Positions 1 through 13,338 of a DNA stretch of 59,212 bases are shown one piece after another. Under the pieces are notes generated by a model that did no database searches, had not been told where the DNA came from, and saw only the letters and a program-made list of their open reading frames with translations. The stretch comes from Octopus bimaculoides (taxonomy: Eukaryota): contig NC_068993.1 in NCBI RefSeq assembly GCF_001194135.2, positions 2,217,008 to 2,276,219 on the forward strand, read 5' to 3'. How positions within the stretch are numbered: the stretch's first letter is position 1; each line of letters opens with the position of its first letter. The translations under genes and the position numbers were made by a program.

Positions 1-125
1 ATATATATATATATATATATATATAATATACGCTCGGTACGCGTTGGTGTGGTTGTGCGTGTCTGTGTGTGCTTGTGTGTGTGTTTGTTTGGGTAGATTA
101 TGAAATTCCTTTTGTGTACTTTAAG

Positions 126-226
126 ACTTGTCAGGCGGTAGAGTGAACTATAAGGCGAAGGTTCCATTCAAGACATATTACGACACGTTTGAAGTTACTT
201 TCAGTTTAGAGTCACCCCATCAGTAA
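126..226 (+). CDS. Candidate exon, unassigned (DLSGGRVNYKAKVPFKTYYDTFEVTFSLESPHQ)
   Basis: Pyrimidine-rich acceptor ttccttttgtgtactttaag at 125. Open phase-1 frame runs to a gtaacg donor at 223 or TAA at 224-226. No confirmed homology. Confidence 0.25.
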
Positions 227-1432
227 CGATAAACTTAAATTAACATATATTTATATGAAATAAACAAATGATACAAAACTTGCGTTTATCATAATTTTCT
301 TTACATTTGCTCTGTATATCATAAACAGTAATACTATTAGGTCCAGTAGTAACCACACCAGCTCTCTGTATATGGGTTAATGGGAACCGCTTCTAATATT
401 AAGACATGTTTGCCTGGAGACGAACAACTTATAGCAATAATAGAGTATTACTTATCATTAAGGAGTTTAAAGAAAGGGGCGTGTTATATAATAAACTACA
501 CCTAGTACGAAGTTAGAGGAAATACCAGATCGGATATAAAAGAAAGGAACAGTAGGGAGTAGTCTAATGATTAGCAATATGGGATGTTATATAGGTGGCG
601 TTGATATTATTTAATTAGTATAATCATCATTGTATGAATCTGGTAATACACTCCGGACAGCAGTAACGGGTTAGAGGTTTGGATAGTGTGTTCCATTTAT
701 TATTTAACATATATATTTCATTTGAAATAATGTGTTCAAATATAATTGCAGTTCTGGAGTGTAATCATTTTTCTAGTCACACAACAAATTGTCTTTGGAC
801 CTAATGACTTAGATCAGATCTGACAACAAAATAACGAGAATATCATTGTTGCATCGTGAACTCGTTCGTAAAATGTTTTGCTATAAATGATATATATATA
901 TATATAAACACAATTAGACCTATCAGAATGAAGAGCAACATTATGAAGATGGTAAGCATAATCAATAAAAAAAACCTTAATTCTTTAACAGTATGGATGT
1001 TGTAGAGAAGAAGTATCTAATTCAATAAGTGGGCATCACATCTACGTAAAACAATAAAGTCAAATAGCAAACGAGGAGAAAGAAAATAATGAAAATGAAA
1101 AATGTTTGCAGTTAATGTTAAATTATATCGGATTACTATCTCTTGGGAAATTTCCTGTGACTTGTTCCTTAAATACATGAGTTTAAGAACTTTTCATTTC
1201 TTTTTCCTGACACAATCTTTCACAATCTTCTAAAAAACGGTATATACTGTTTATTGAATTATTTGTTAGTGAATTCCTGAAATATTTGCAGAGAGATTCT
1301 TGTGATTTTATAGTTTTGATACTTTCTTAACCTCGCAATTATCTCATACACACTACAATATATATATATCGGTCCATTTCTAATTTAATATATTTCTACA
1401 GAGCATATACACATACTTATAAGCTTTACGGA

Positions 1433-1521
<89 letters not shown>

Positions 1522-1526
1522 GTCTG

Positions 1527-1585
<59 letters not shown>

Positions 1586-1651
1586 GTCTGTCTATCTATC
1601 TATCTATCTATCTATCTATATATCTGTCTGTCTGTCTGTCTATCTATCTAT
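1433..1651. repeat. (TATC)n/(TGTC)n compound microsatellite
   Basis: Directly visible tetranucleotide array. Confidence 0.98.
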
Positions 1652-1741
1652 ATGCATATTTACACATACAAACACAAACACACACACACATATATATGCG
1701 TATATACATATATATGTATACATACATACGTACACACACAC

Positions 1742-1784
<43 letters not shown>

Positions 1785-2262
1785 GTATGTACGTATACAT
1801 TTATGTAGCGGTTCTCGTAGAATATAGAATAACTTCAATGGAATAACATAATATAAAGTGAAATGCTAACTTTATCTATTTCTTCACCGAGAGATGGCGA
1901 TACTGAAAGTTAGTGACGGTGACAAAGTCACTCAGCTAATTGCTGTTAATTCAATGTCTTTAACTAAATCAATTTCGTCTTACATCCACATCAAATGCTA
2001 TTATTAAACCTACTATTTCTAGCAGTGGAACCAAATCAACATTTGTTAATAGTAATATTGCATTGAATCTTTCTATTAAATAGGAATAATGGCGGGCAAG
2101 GTTTTCGGTTCTTCTTCGATATTAGGTTAATGAGTTTACGTTAGCTAAAGGGAGAATTTTACATTTAGAAAGCAGAGAATGTAATTAGAGGAAGGATTAG
2201 ACAAAACAAATGAGACATTAATTTCTTAAGTAAAGGAAGTGAATCGGGGAGAGTGACAGCGA

Positions 2263-2299
<37 letters not shown>

Positions 2300-2667
2300 A
2301 AGGCTATGATACTGTGTGTTCATGAAGCTGTGCGCATTATTTATAGACGTGCCTGTGTACTTGTGTGCGTGTGTGCGTGCGTGTGTGCGTGTGCGTATGT
2401 TTGTATGTATACTTGCATATATAAAATAAGTAATAAACATATAACAAGAATACACAATGTTAAATAAAACGAACATATATAAAGACTATATGAACATATT
2501 TACACACTCACATGTAACATCGTACGTCTCCATACATAGCGTCATACGTCTATTTTCTTTAACTTTGCTTCTGGAGACTGAAGGAGATTGAAAGAGTGTC
2601 TAAATGTACTATATTTATTCCTTAATGTTATAGTATAGTTAGAATACAGATCAGAATACGTACTTAC

Positions 2668-2682
2668 TTTATATTTTGTCAT
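2668..2682 (-). CDS. Candidate first coding micro-exon (MTKYK)
   Basis: Minus strand reads aaaATGACAAAATATAAA then gtaagt (consensus donor). CpG-richer sequence lies upstream at about 2980-3190. Confidence 0.2.
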
Positions 2683-5600
2683 TTTATTCAATTTAAGCTT
2701 TCGTCTGGATTCAGGAGTCGTTGTTTGATGAGGAATTTTTAAAACAGATATAAATATAGAAGATATAGAAAAAAGACAAGGAAAGTAGATGCTTTATTTG
2801 AAAAGAACAAGAAATATGTAATCACAATACAATATTTCAAATCATTGCCGGTCACAATACACTCTTCTGGTATTTGGCTCTTTATTTCGGGCAAATCATA
2901 TTTTGAACCTGAAGTTATCTGAAATACATGAAGAATTCTATTTTCTGAGTTTTCTCATTTCTTAAAACTTGATACCATTCGTATCAGTTTTTCGTCTAAC
3001 GACACTGAGTATCTATGCGTTTAGTTCGTATTTTTTCTCCGACAAAAGCCTCAGACTGCGCTCTTAAAAGCTCCTATCCTTGTCGATGTCGGCGATATCT
3101 GTCAGTCTCTTCTCCCAGTGTAATCCGACGGATAGAGGGGGAAAACGTTGCCCCTCAGGAAAATTATAATAATAACGATAATGACTTGCGGAAGGAAATT
3201 CAAAGGCTTCATTAATAAAGCCTTTGAATTTTCATTCGCAAGTATAATCGATAAGCCTCTACCCCAAACCTTCAGGCTCTGTCCCTTTAGTAGAAAGGAT
3301 TATTATTATTATTATACATACATACATACATACATAAATATGCGCACACATACACACACTATATGTTTATATATAGTGTGTTTGTGTGTGTGTTTGAGTG
3401 TGAGTTCCTACTATTAGATATATGTTTAGTATGTTAACTGCCTCCCTAACATTCCAACAATACAATGTGACTGCAGAAAAGTTTCCCGTCAAACAAATTA
3501 AAGTGCAGAACTAAATGGTCAAGGGAGTAAAATAATAGATCAAAGCTTATTACTGTCTTGCTAATTTCTATAGTAGATATGACGGTACCCAGAATCAACT
3601 TCAAGATGTCACTGTGCATAGCATCCTTCTCATTTTGAAAAGCTGACATTTGACTCATTTCGCTAATAAAATTTCATTATATCGAAACCTTACTTTCTTA
3701 TAAACAGATAAAAGGAATTTAAATTTGGCGTCTGAAACAATTAAATTTACTTGGTCTTCATTGTTGAACGACGTCTTATTGACTCCGTCACTCGATCGAT
3801 TTCTCTTTAAAAGTAGATTGATAAATAATTTTCAAGGCGTACATATATATATCTAGTTCAAGAGCAACTCAAAATGTTCACCGAAATTAGATTTAGATAA
3901 TTTTACTAATATTATTCGCTTGTTTATTATTCAAGAGGTTCTCATTGCTGGAATGGTAAAATAACATTTGGAATCGGAATTTTTCTGCCATCATTTCTTG
4001 CTTCATCTCTTGGGAAAACCTTGAAACTTAAAGATGACTTTGGGCTATTTAAACCAAATTTACTACATCAACGAATGATTATAGCCCTTATAAAATCTTC
4101 CATGAGATTTTTAAATTGTTTATCATTAGGAATGTTAGCAGGAATGCTGTATAATAATTTACCAATTCTAATTAAGAAAACGTCAATTGCCCTTCAGGTA
4201 CAGCAGGCTTAACTTTATTTATTCGTCTCAGGATTGTAGCTGAAATTGTTATCCAGTTAGACATCTAAACTGCAAAGATGTCTCCATTGCAATCAAAGAG
4301 GAAAGTAAATAAAATGAATAAATAGTAAACAAGCCCTATAAAACCTAAATAGAAAATAAATTAGGTGAAGTCAGAGAGAGAATTCTGCGACGATAATGAA
4401 TGTAGAAAAGAACAAAAAGGACTTTTCGTGTCTTCTTTGAACGATTTATGGTATTTCTTCATCAGATCTTTACATAATTATAGCAAATGGGAACTTGAAC
4501 ACAGCGGTATTTAGCTTCAGGTCACTAGCAGCAATTTACATTTTATTCTCTAGCTTCTTGTTTTCTAATCACGTAGAAAGAATATGTTTTTGAAAGTTTA
4601 AATTGGAAGAACTTCGTTTTCTAACTACCACACCCATTATTTTTTTATGTCGCCAAAAACTCACTTTCATTGGCGCCATACGTTCCTTAAATAAAGAATC
4701 TATTCAATAATTCTGTCTTGCTATTGTAAACATTTTTGCTTTCTACACTTCAAACGACTCCAAAACCTTTGAGTTTCGTAGTCTTTTCTAGATTATAAAG
4801 TCCTTACGTGCAGATAATTTCAAAAGATTTAAAAACTAAATTCAATTGGAAAGTATTTAATTTTTTTTCTTTTTTCCTACGAAAAATTGATTATATCAGA
4901 ATGCTAAGGTAACTATAATTGACTCGAATATATTTTTGTTTTATGTAACCGTTTGACATATGATGATGTTGGAAATCGAAACTAATATGAAAAGAGAGAG
5001 TAAAAGTAAATTTGATAAACGTATTAAACTTAGCTTCATTTCTTTCTATTTATTTTTGTTTGTTTGAAGATAATATAGAAAGTTCACTGAGCATGAAGTT
5101 CTAAAAGTAATCTTCCCTAGTGACCAGAAGCTTTGTTATAAAAATACATGCTTTCAAGTATAACACAACATCTAATGCATTTGAACATGTTACAGGAATA
5201 TTAAACAAAACAAAATAAAAACGTCCAGAGAATTATAAAAGATGTTCTATTTTTATGAATGATAGTATAAAAACGAAAATAGAATAAAAAGGCTACTTTG
5301 AAAGATTAAAACTGTATATAAAATACTCTACCTTCCTTTAAAATATTTCATTATTTTGTCGATTGGTAAATTCTTCCTACTGATTCTACTTGAGACGTCT
5401 TCTTGGTGCAGTAAAATGGAAAATATAACCAAGACTATTTATGATAAAAATAACGGTTTATTGATGTACTTCAAGTGAAAATTATATTTACATCTATTAT
5501 CAAATATTACAAACATTCGTTGTTCAATGCCTTACCATTTCGAATAATTATGCCTTTCAAAATGGGTCCATAGTAACTGCAAAATGTCGTGAGTTATTCG

Positions 5601-7036
5601 ATCGCATTTCCAGACACGTTAAAGTGCTATGTAAATGTAAATTCACGATACGGCAGTCTAAATTAACTTCGAAAGAAACTGCTTTAAGGTAATTTCAAAA
5701 GAATATATTTAAACATATTCGAACATGATAATTTGCAATCAAGGAATCCATGAACTTCATAGATGTATAATTCGAAATATGAAATATGAGCAGTTTGCAA
5801 TCGATTCCACTCACATAGTCCTAGAAAGAGCAATAATAACTCTAATTGTTTAATAGGAGACGTAATATAGGCATTAGTCGAGAATGTGTTGTTCTTTAGC
5901 CCTAGGTTAATACCGCACGAGTATATCTAAGGTTAAGAGTATTCAAACCGTGAACATTCCGTATTTCGAAATCGTTGCTAGGAGTACAAAATATAAAATT
6001 CCATTCCTTTAATTAAGAATCTAGGGTGTAATTTATATAACAGATTGATCGAATGATCACTATGATACACATTCGTTGGTTATTGCATACATGTGCAACA
6101 CATGAAGTCTCAGAGAACAGCAATGTTTTACAGGAGAGATGAAAGTTGTAGGTGTCTAAGTCAACACGTTACCATGTTACATTTAAGTTTGTAGGTTTCA
6201 GTCACCGTTACCATAATGTATCGGTACCATTTGTGTTCAAACGACTAAAAAAGCGCTTCATGAAGGCGAATAGAATGAATGTTTTAACTATAAATGTTCT
6301 CCTTAGTATATTTAAGAGAGTATTTTGAAGGCTGTTTCTAGTCCCCAGAAGTCTTAAGAATTGCATTATGAGATTCACTATTACCGTTCAAATTAAACAA
6401 GTGGACAGTTTTTAAACGTTTCGTCTCTAAATTTCAGAAATAAGTAATCATATAAACAACCCTAGGTTTTGAAAATCTACTCTTTTCTCTGCTTAGTTAT
6501 CGTAGTGTACATCACTGTGTATTGAATACTGAGCTCGTATTCAGCTAATTGGGTGTTTATATTGACACGGTTGATAGAATCTGAAGGAAAGGAAGCAGTG
6601 CCCATGAGTATTGAGATTAACTTCACAACAAAAGACTTACTTAATCTATGCCGAGATATATATCACTGACATTAGTGTGTAACATTAACACGGTATTATC
6701 GTCATAGCTTACTTGGCACTTTCCCCCTTAATTAATGCAATTATAGGCACCTATTAATACTGTATGCATAAACGTCAGGTGTTCTGTAATTTTAAGTTAA
6801 ATACTTAGAACTGAGATAACAAAGAAGCTTTTAATCAAGGTGTCTTCTGAAGTTAGCTAACTTTCATATAGAGTTAGCTTTATCGGGATACTGCTCGGTA
6901 TTTCTGTGTGTGAATATTCGTGTAAGATCATTCACTCTCTACATTGAAGGAACTTTATAATAGTACACACATACACACATACACGCGCACACACGCACAC
7001 ACACACACACACACATACACACACACACACACATAC

Positions 7037-7083
<47 letters not shown>

Positions 7084-7221
7084 TGTATTTCATATATGAA
7101 TGTATGCATGTGTGTGTGCATAAGATAGAGGCTCACACAGGCCAAACGACCCACCTACATACATACATATATACAGAGACCCATACAAAATGTACAATAA
7201 CTTCCAGACTTTAAAAATTAA

Positions 7222-7310
7222 GTCCTGGGCTCTATTTGCTTCACTCAGCTCTCCAAATCGGTTGCCCCAGCATGGCTGCAGTCTAGTGACTGAAAGAACT
7301 GACAGATAAA
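7222..7310 (+). mobile_element. SINE 3' fragment (octopus type)
   Basis: agtcctggg...gttgccccagcatggctgcagtctagtgactgaaag resembles a recalled octopus SINE tail. Confidence 0.6.
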
Positions 7311-7399
7311 TGATATATGTAGTGTGTATATTACGATTAATTACATTTATGCAATGTTTACGCAACAATAAGCATGCATATGTGTATATACATACATAT

Positions 7400-7673
7400 N
7401 NNNNNNNNNNNNNNNNNNNNNNNNNNNNNNNNNNNNNNNNNNNNNNNNNNNNNNNNNNNNNNNNNNNNNNNNNNNNNNNNNNNNNNNNNNNNNNNNNNNN
7501 NNNNNNNNNNNNNNNNNNNNNNNNNNNNNNNNNNNNNNNNNNNNNNNNNNNNNNNNNNNNNNNNNNNNNNNNNNNNNNNNNNNNNNNNNNNNNNNNNNNN
7601 NNNNNNNNNNNNNNNNNNNNNNNNNNNNNNNNNNNNNNNNNNNNNNNNNNNNNNNNNNNNNNNNNNNNNNNNN
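7400..7673. other. Assembly gap
   Basis: N run flanked by TA-rich repeats. Confidence 1.
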
Positions 7674-8261
7674 ATATATATATATATATACATATATAGA
7701 TATGCATACATATACATACACACACATATATTATATATATCTGCGTAGATGTATGAATGTATATGTGTTCGTGCTTGTGAGAATGTGTGCGTCGTGCGTG
7801 TGTCTCTGTGGCGTTTCATGTCAATTTCCATGTGTTCATCTTTATAGTAATTCCGAAATCCGTATTTAAGTAGTGTTTGTGTAGCGGTGTGTTAAAATCA
7901 GTGAACAAGAATTTAGAATGAAAAGAAGTAACTTAGTTAAGGTTTTAATGTGTATTTACCAAATGAAATGTAATTTATTCACTAATTTGAAGCGCAGAGA
8001 TGTTTAAAGTGAAAGTGAGAAAGTACATTAATATAATTTGATAATCAGGCAAAATAGGAAGCGTGTATAATATTAGGGTTTTGAAGGAAACTTTGAACGT
8101 TCGATTTTAAAATTTAAAGGGTGAGAATTACTGGGGGAATTTAATGTGGATCTATGAGGGTGTTAATGGAAAATGCAAACACATACATACGCACACGCAT
8201 ATATATACATACATTCATATACACATAAATGCATATATGTATATATATATACATAAATGTA

Positions 8262-8378
<117 letters not shown>

Positions 8379-9579
8379 TTATATATATTCATACATATAT
8401 AGATACACATCAGATTTCTCTCTCTATATGTATACATATGTCGCATTTTTTGTGTGATTATACGTGAATATGTACACACATTTATGAAAAAGATATAAAT
8501 AAATGTGCGTGCCTGTGTATAAATATCTATGTACATACAAACACACAGACATATGGATGTGAGTATACTGAGGCAAAGATTGATAGATAGCTATAGCTAT
8601 GTAAATATTATAATTCAATTGATAGTGACTTCGAATTTTTAGATGGTTAGTGGTTTATTGAAACTGCCAGGTTGAATGAGAAACACAGAAAACGCTTGAC
8701 GTCAGAGTCTGTTAAATTACAAAAGATAATACTCTCTACTCAACTATAGAACTATTTTACTGCCTAAATACTCTTTACTTCATTGCTTATAAATACTATA
8801 CTTATGTAAGTTATGAGAGGTGATGGTGTCAAGAAGACCCAAAGGTGTCAGGTAATAGTGAGTAAGTCTATGGGTAGACTATATTTAAGTTCCAGGTTCG
8901 GTGATTATGCGTATGAGGAGTCCAACTTAGGTCGTATGTCAGCTTGTGTATATATAAAAAAATTAACAGAATGAGATAAAAATCCATTTTTATCTTAGTC
9001 TGTTAATCTTTTATATATACTACACTTATGTATAAATATACAGGTATATACACATGAATGTAGATGTGAATGCATTCATAGATTAAAGAATATACATGCA
9101 TAGATGAAAGATAATATGCATTCTCAAAATGGTAAATGTAAAATATATAAACACTAAAAATGAATCTAATTGAACGAAAAATTGCTGATGTAACTAAATG
9201 TGTGCATAGATCTGTGTGGTGCGTCGTTTGAGCGAGGTATTTATTTGATAAAACATTTCCCAGAATCCGACACGGAAAATATAAGCACGTCGTGGATACA
9301 ACAAGGTATTCGAGACACGATATTGGGAAAAGAAATATTACTTGGTATTTTGCTTCTATTAATTTAGCTGCCGCTACACCAATTGCAACGATCATTTAGA
9401 AATAACTTATTCCTACATTATAACTATTACTTTATTTTTAATAAAACTCCATTCAAATTAAAAACTGCACGTATCAATAATTCTTTCGCTTCTCCCAAGT
9501 TGTTATACAACTAACCCAAACATTATGAATTGAGACTGCAGAGAACCCAATTATTGCTCAGCGGAAAGTAATTGGCTAG

Positions 9580-9724
9580 TTATATATACAATATACAAAT
9601 AACATTTCAATTGCATTCATACGCATCATTTCAACTTCCAACTAACTCCTTTCGATACGTGCGCATAGATGTTATGAGCGCCAATCGAACTCAATGGTAT
9701 TCCATTCATCGGGTTTATATGTGA
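9580..9724 (+). CDS. Candidate terminal exon or pseudo-exon resembling the C-terminal strands of an F5/8 type C (discoidin/CBM32) domain
   Basis: Frame reads ...ASFQLPTNSFRYVRIDVMSANRTQWYSIHRVYM* (TGA 9722-9724). Acceptor ttggctag at 9579 is weak. Confidence 0.25.
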
Positions 9725-9867
9725 TTCCACAGGAAAAATAAAAGTACAAACAACATGACTTAGATTGGTGAACTCTATACAGAATTCGATCAAATACTGG
9801 AAGCAAAACCCCTGCAAACCATGCACTACAGAGCCATGCAATCAGAATGTATGTATATGTAAATGCA

Positions 9868-9906
<39 letters not shown>

Positions 9907-10619
9907 CCACGCATACACACGCACACACTCACTCACTCACACACACGGATGTATGTATGTAGAGGCATATGTATGTATGTATTATGTTTGTGTGTGTGTA
10001 TGAGAAATGAGATGACAAAGAAATAAACGATTAACTTATGAATTTCAAAAGATTGCAAATGTCTCTGCTAAAAGATGTAGTGGACTCATTGTGTGTGTGT
10101 ATATACGTATGTATATAAGGAAAAGCATTACCTATGACAAAGCAAACACATATGTGGGATATGGAAACCAAGGGCCTAAAATGTCTATAAATTTAGGTAT
10201 ATCCAGATTTAGATGAAGTTTAATTAGATCTAATATTAAAAACGTTTGTACACACACTCACGCAGGCGCACTCACATACACACATATGCACGCACATACT
10301 AAACTATAAGGTATTACTCAAAGCATTCAACAATGAGTGAGCTGTATCTTATAACAGAAACGGCTGTAAGGTAATGAACCTGCATAATATAATCTTTTAT
10401 TCGTTTGTCATTTCATTTTCTTGTTTCCTCTGAAGTATGCGTATATTGAATTCTACATCATGATATTCGTATCGTAATGCCACGATAAATTAACATAAAA
10501 AATGACGTGCCGGGAATGAAAAAGTCAAAGAAGGCGTGTGTGTTTGTGTGTGTGGGGGGTTATACTTTCATTGATGCAGATTTCTTAATAACTTGATGCG
10601 TATAGAAAAGGTTTGCGGT

Positions 10620-10915
10620 GGGGTGAAGGTAATGATGATAATGATGAGGATGATGATAATGATGATGACGATCGTGATGAAGACAATGATCATAATGATG
10701 TCATAATGATTGTAATGGTGACGAGGATGATACTTTTTGATGGTGATGGTCATAATGAGGATGATGATGATGCTGATGATGATATGACTAGGATGATGAT
10801 GATAATTATGATAATTATGTTAAAGATGACGATGATGATGATGATGATGATGATGATGATAAAGATGATGGTGATAATTATGATGATGATTGTTATGAGG
10901 AGGTTGATAATCGTC
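10620..10915. repeat. Degenerate (GAT/AAT/GAC/GGT)n triplet mosaic
   Basis: Visible mixed trinucleotide array. Confidence 0.92.
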
Positions 10916-11417
10916 AACATCTCATTAAAAAGCGTGAGCTTGTTTTAAAAGAGCAGATTGTTAAAAAGGTTTCGCTATGTTTATTTTCTGACTGATGCAC
11001 TCTTGTGTACTCTTGTGTACTCTTGAGTGCAACACACGCACTGCACTTAGACACACAACACATACACTGACACACAGACACACACAGACACACAATCATA
11101 GATATACGGGTGTGTGTGTGTGTGTGTGTGTTTATGCGTCTGTGTATGCAACGATATGTGTGATTGTACGTGTGCTATGATATGTGTGAGTGTGTGTGTG
11201 TGTGTGTATGTGTGTATGTGTGTGTGTATTCATGTGTACTATGTTATGTGTGTGTGTGTGTGCGTGTGTGTGAGTGTGTGTGTGTGTGTACTCATGTGTG
11301 CCATTTTATGTGTAGGTGTTTGCAGCTGCAGAGAAAGAAAATATCGTGATTACTACGTCTCCTAATAAGCCTTTCAATATGTCTTCTCTCCCAGGCATTC
11401 GAATTGTTACCATTTAC

Positions 11418-11540
11418 CAATATCAGAATTTAATAGTGGTGCACAGTTCTGAACCAATTTATTAATAAAATCTAAAAGCTGAACATCGTTTAATGATACT
11501 GTTATATACATCTTTGCCGTCAGCAAAGGGCACGATATCA
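11418..11540 (-). CDS. Candidate internal exon, 123 nt, phase 1-1 (ISCPLLTAKMYITVSLNDVQLLDFINKLVQNCAPLLNSDI)
   Basis: Acceptor ttccatattcttgttag, donor G|gtaaat, length divisible by 3, open frame. No recognised homology. Confidence 0.3.
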
Positions 11541-11929
11541 CTAACAAGAATATGGAACAAGATAGACGTTGTTCTCTGTTCTTGCTTTTTTTTCCATATT
11601 TGTCTTTCTTTTTTTTGGATTTGCCAGATTTTTTCTTTTCTTCTAACTTCTCCCTTTGCTATTTCATTCAAAGTTGTGAAATGATTTTAAATTTATACAC
11701 CTTTAACATACAACGATGTGTATCTGGTTTAAGAAATACTTTCCGTAATTGCTAATATACTGTGTCATGAAAAAAAGAAGAAACCAAGCACATTAAGAAA
11801 TAGAATTGTATATCGGCTGGTCGAAAGTTCTTAACAACTTTTATATTCTATGAGATGATTTCACCTCATGTTCAACACTCAGCAGCATGTATGTAGGTAT
11901 ATATGTGTGTATGTATGTATATATATATA

Positions 11930-12225
11930 NNNNNNNNNNNNNNNNNNNNNNNNNNNNNNNNNNNNNNNNNNNNNNNNNNNNNNNNNNNNNNNNNNNNNNN
12001 NNNNNNNNNNNNNNNNNNNNNNNNNNNNNNNNNNNNNNNNNNNNNNNNNNNNNNNNNNNNNNNNNNNNNNNNNNNNNNNNNNNNNNNNNNNNNNNNNNNN
12101 NNNNNNNNNNNNNNNNNNNNNNNNNNNNNNNNNNNNNNNNNNNNNNNNNNNNNNNNNNNNNNNNNNNNNNNNNNNNNNNNNNNNNNNNNNNNNNNNNNNN
12201 NNNNNNNNNNNNNNNNNNNNNNNNN
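11930..12225. other. Assembly gap
   Basis: N run. Confidence 1.
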
Positions 12226-12269
12226 GTAATAATCCTTATTATTATTATTATTAGTAGTAGTAGTAGTAG

Positions 12270-12390
12270 CGACGGGCTGCTTACAGTTTGTCGGCTCGGC
12301 GCTATAGTACAAGACACTTGCCCAAGGTGCCAAACATTGAGACTGAATCAGAAACGATGGCTTTGGAAGGAAACAAGTCCAAAGACTATA
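12270..12390 (-). mobile_element. tRNA-derived SINE head fragment
   Basis: gctatagtacaagacacttgcccaaggtgcc...gactgaa resembles the reverse strand of a common octopus SINE head (recalled). Confidence 0.7.
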
Positions 12391-12445
12391 TAAACTCTAC
12401 TACATCTAATGAAGAGTTATTTTCTCTATATTAAACACACACACA

Positions 12446-12498
<53 letters not shown>

Positions 12499-13227
12499 AC
12501 ACACACGTGCGCGCACATACAGAAAGTATTCTTTGTACTTAATGAATCTTTTTAAGTCTATATTTCAAAATAAACACTTGCAAGATTGTTTAACTTGGTC
12601 AATAACGTTCAATAAATACATATTTGTTTACGAATCACCTTTGTCTGTTTTGTCAAATTTCTATTTATTTTACATTCCATAATTCAATACCGTTTATTGG
12701 TTGGTTTCACTTTATATTCTTCGATCATTATTATCAATTTTTGCCTGAATATATAAAGTCTGCAGCGATTATTTAAATCAGATAGATATTTAGATATTAG
12801 AAAGTCAAGCTGTGAGAAAAATATTTAGAATGTAAATATATTCTGTCTATTCTGTTGATATTGTTTATCACAGAAAACCCCTCTAATAAATACCTACTTT
12901 TATTTATTACCCGTACGTTTCTCAACATTCTATATTTGAATGACAAAAATGACCTGTTCTGCTTGATTTGTTAATATTTGATAACTTTGTTTCTAAATCT
13001 CGAAGTGACTTTTGATAAGAATAGGATTAGCTTATATGAATAAAATAAGCACTAAATACGTATAAGAAGGGAATTGTTTCGTTAAAAATATAATATGAAG
13101 GAATTTTTAATGCAAGTCGCAGATTTGACTGTATTATCAAGAAGCTTTACAGCTACGTAATTTCGGTCTTAATTCATTGTGTGCCATCTTCGGCAAGTAG
13201 CTCCTACTACTGCCCCAGGTCAAACAA

Positions 13228-13228
<1 letters not shown>

Positions 13229-13301
<73 letters not shown>

Positions 13302-13338
13302 CCTACCTACCTACCTACCTACCTACCTATCTATCTAT
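13229..13338. repeat. (TATC)n(TACC)n microsatellite
   Basis: Directly visible. Confidence 0.97.

Noticed and set aside
3430-4800. Microsatellite-free stretch with broken minus-strand frames, including ORF 3446-3658
   Set aside because: It may be an old TE, but no diagnostic motif could be identified.
5464-5690. Sushi/CCP-like pattern FQNGSIVTAKCRELF...VLC
   Set aside because: It lacks the conserved G-x-W and terminal P-x-C, and has no good acceptor or start.
10999-11029. 10-bp tandem repeat ctcttgtgta x3
   Set aside because: An ordinary slippage duplication beside CA/GT repeats.
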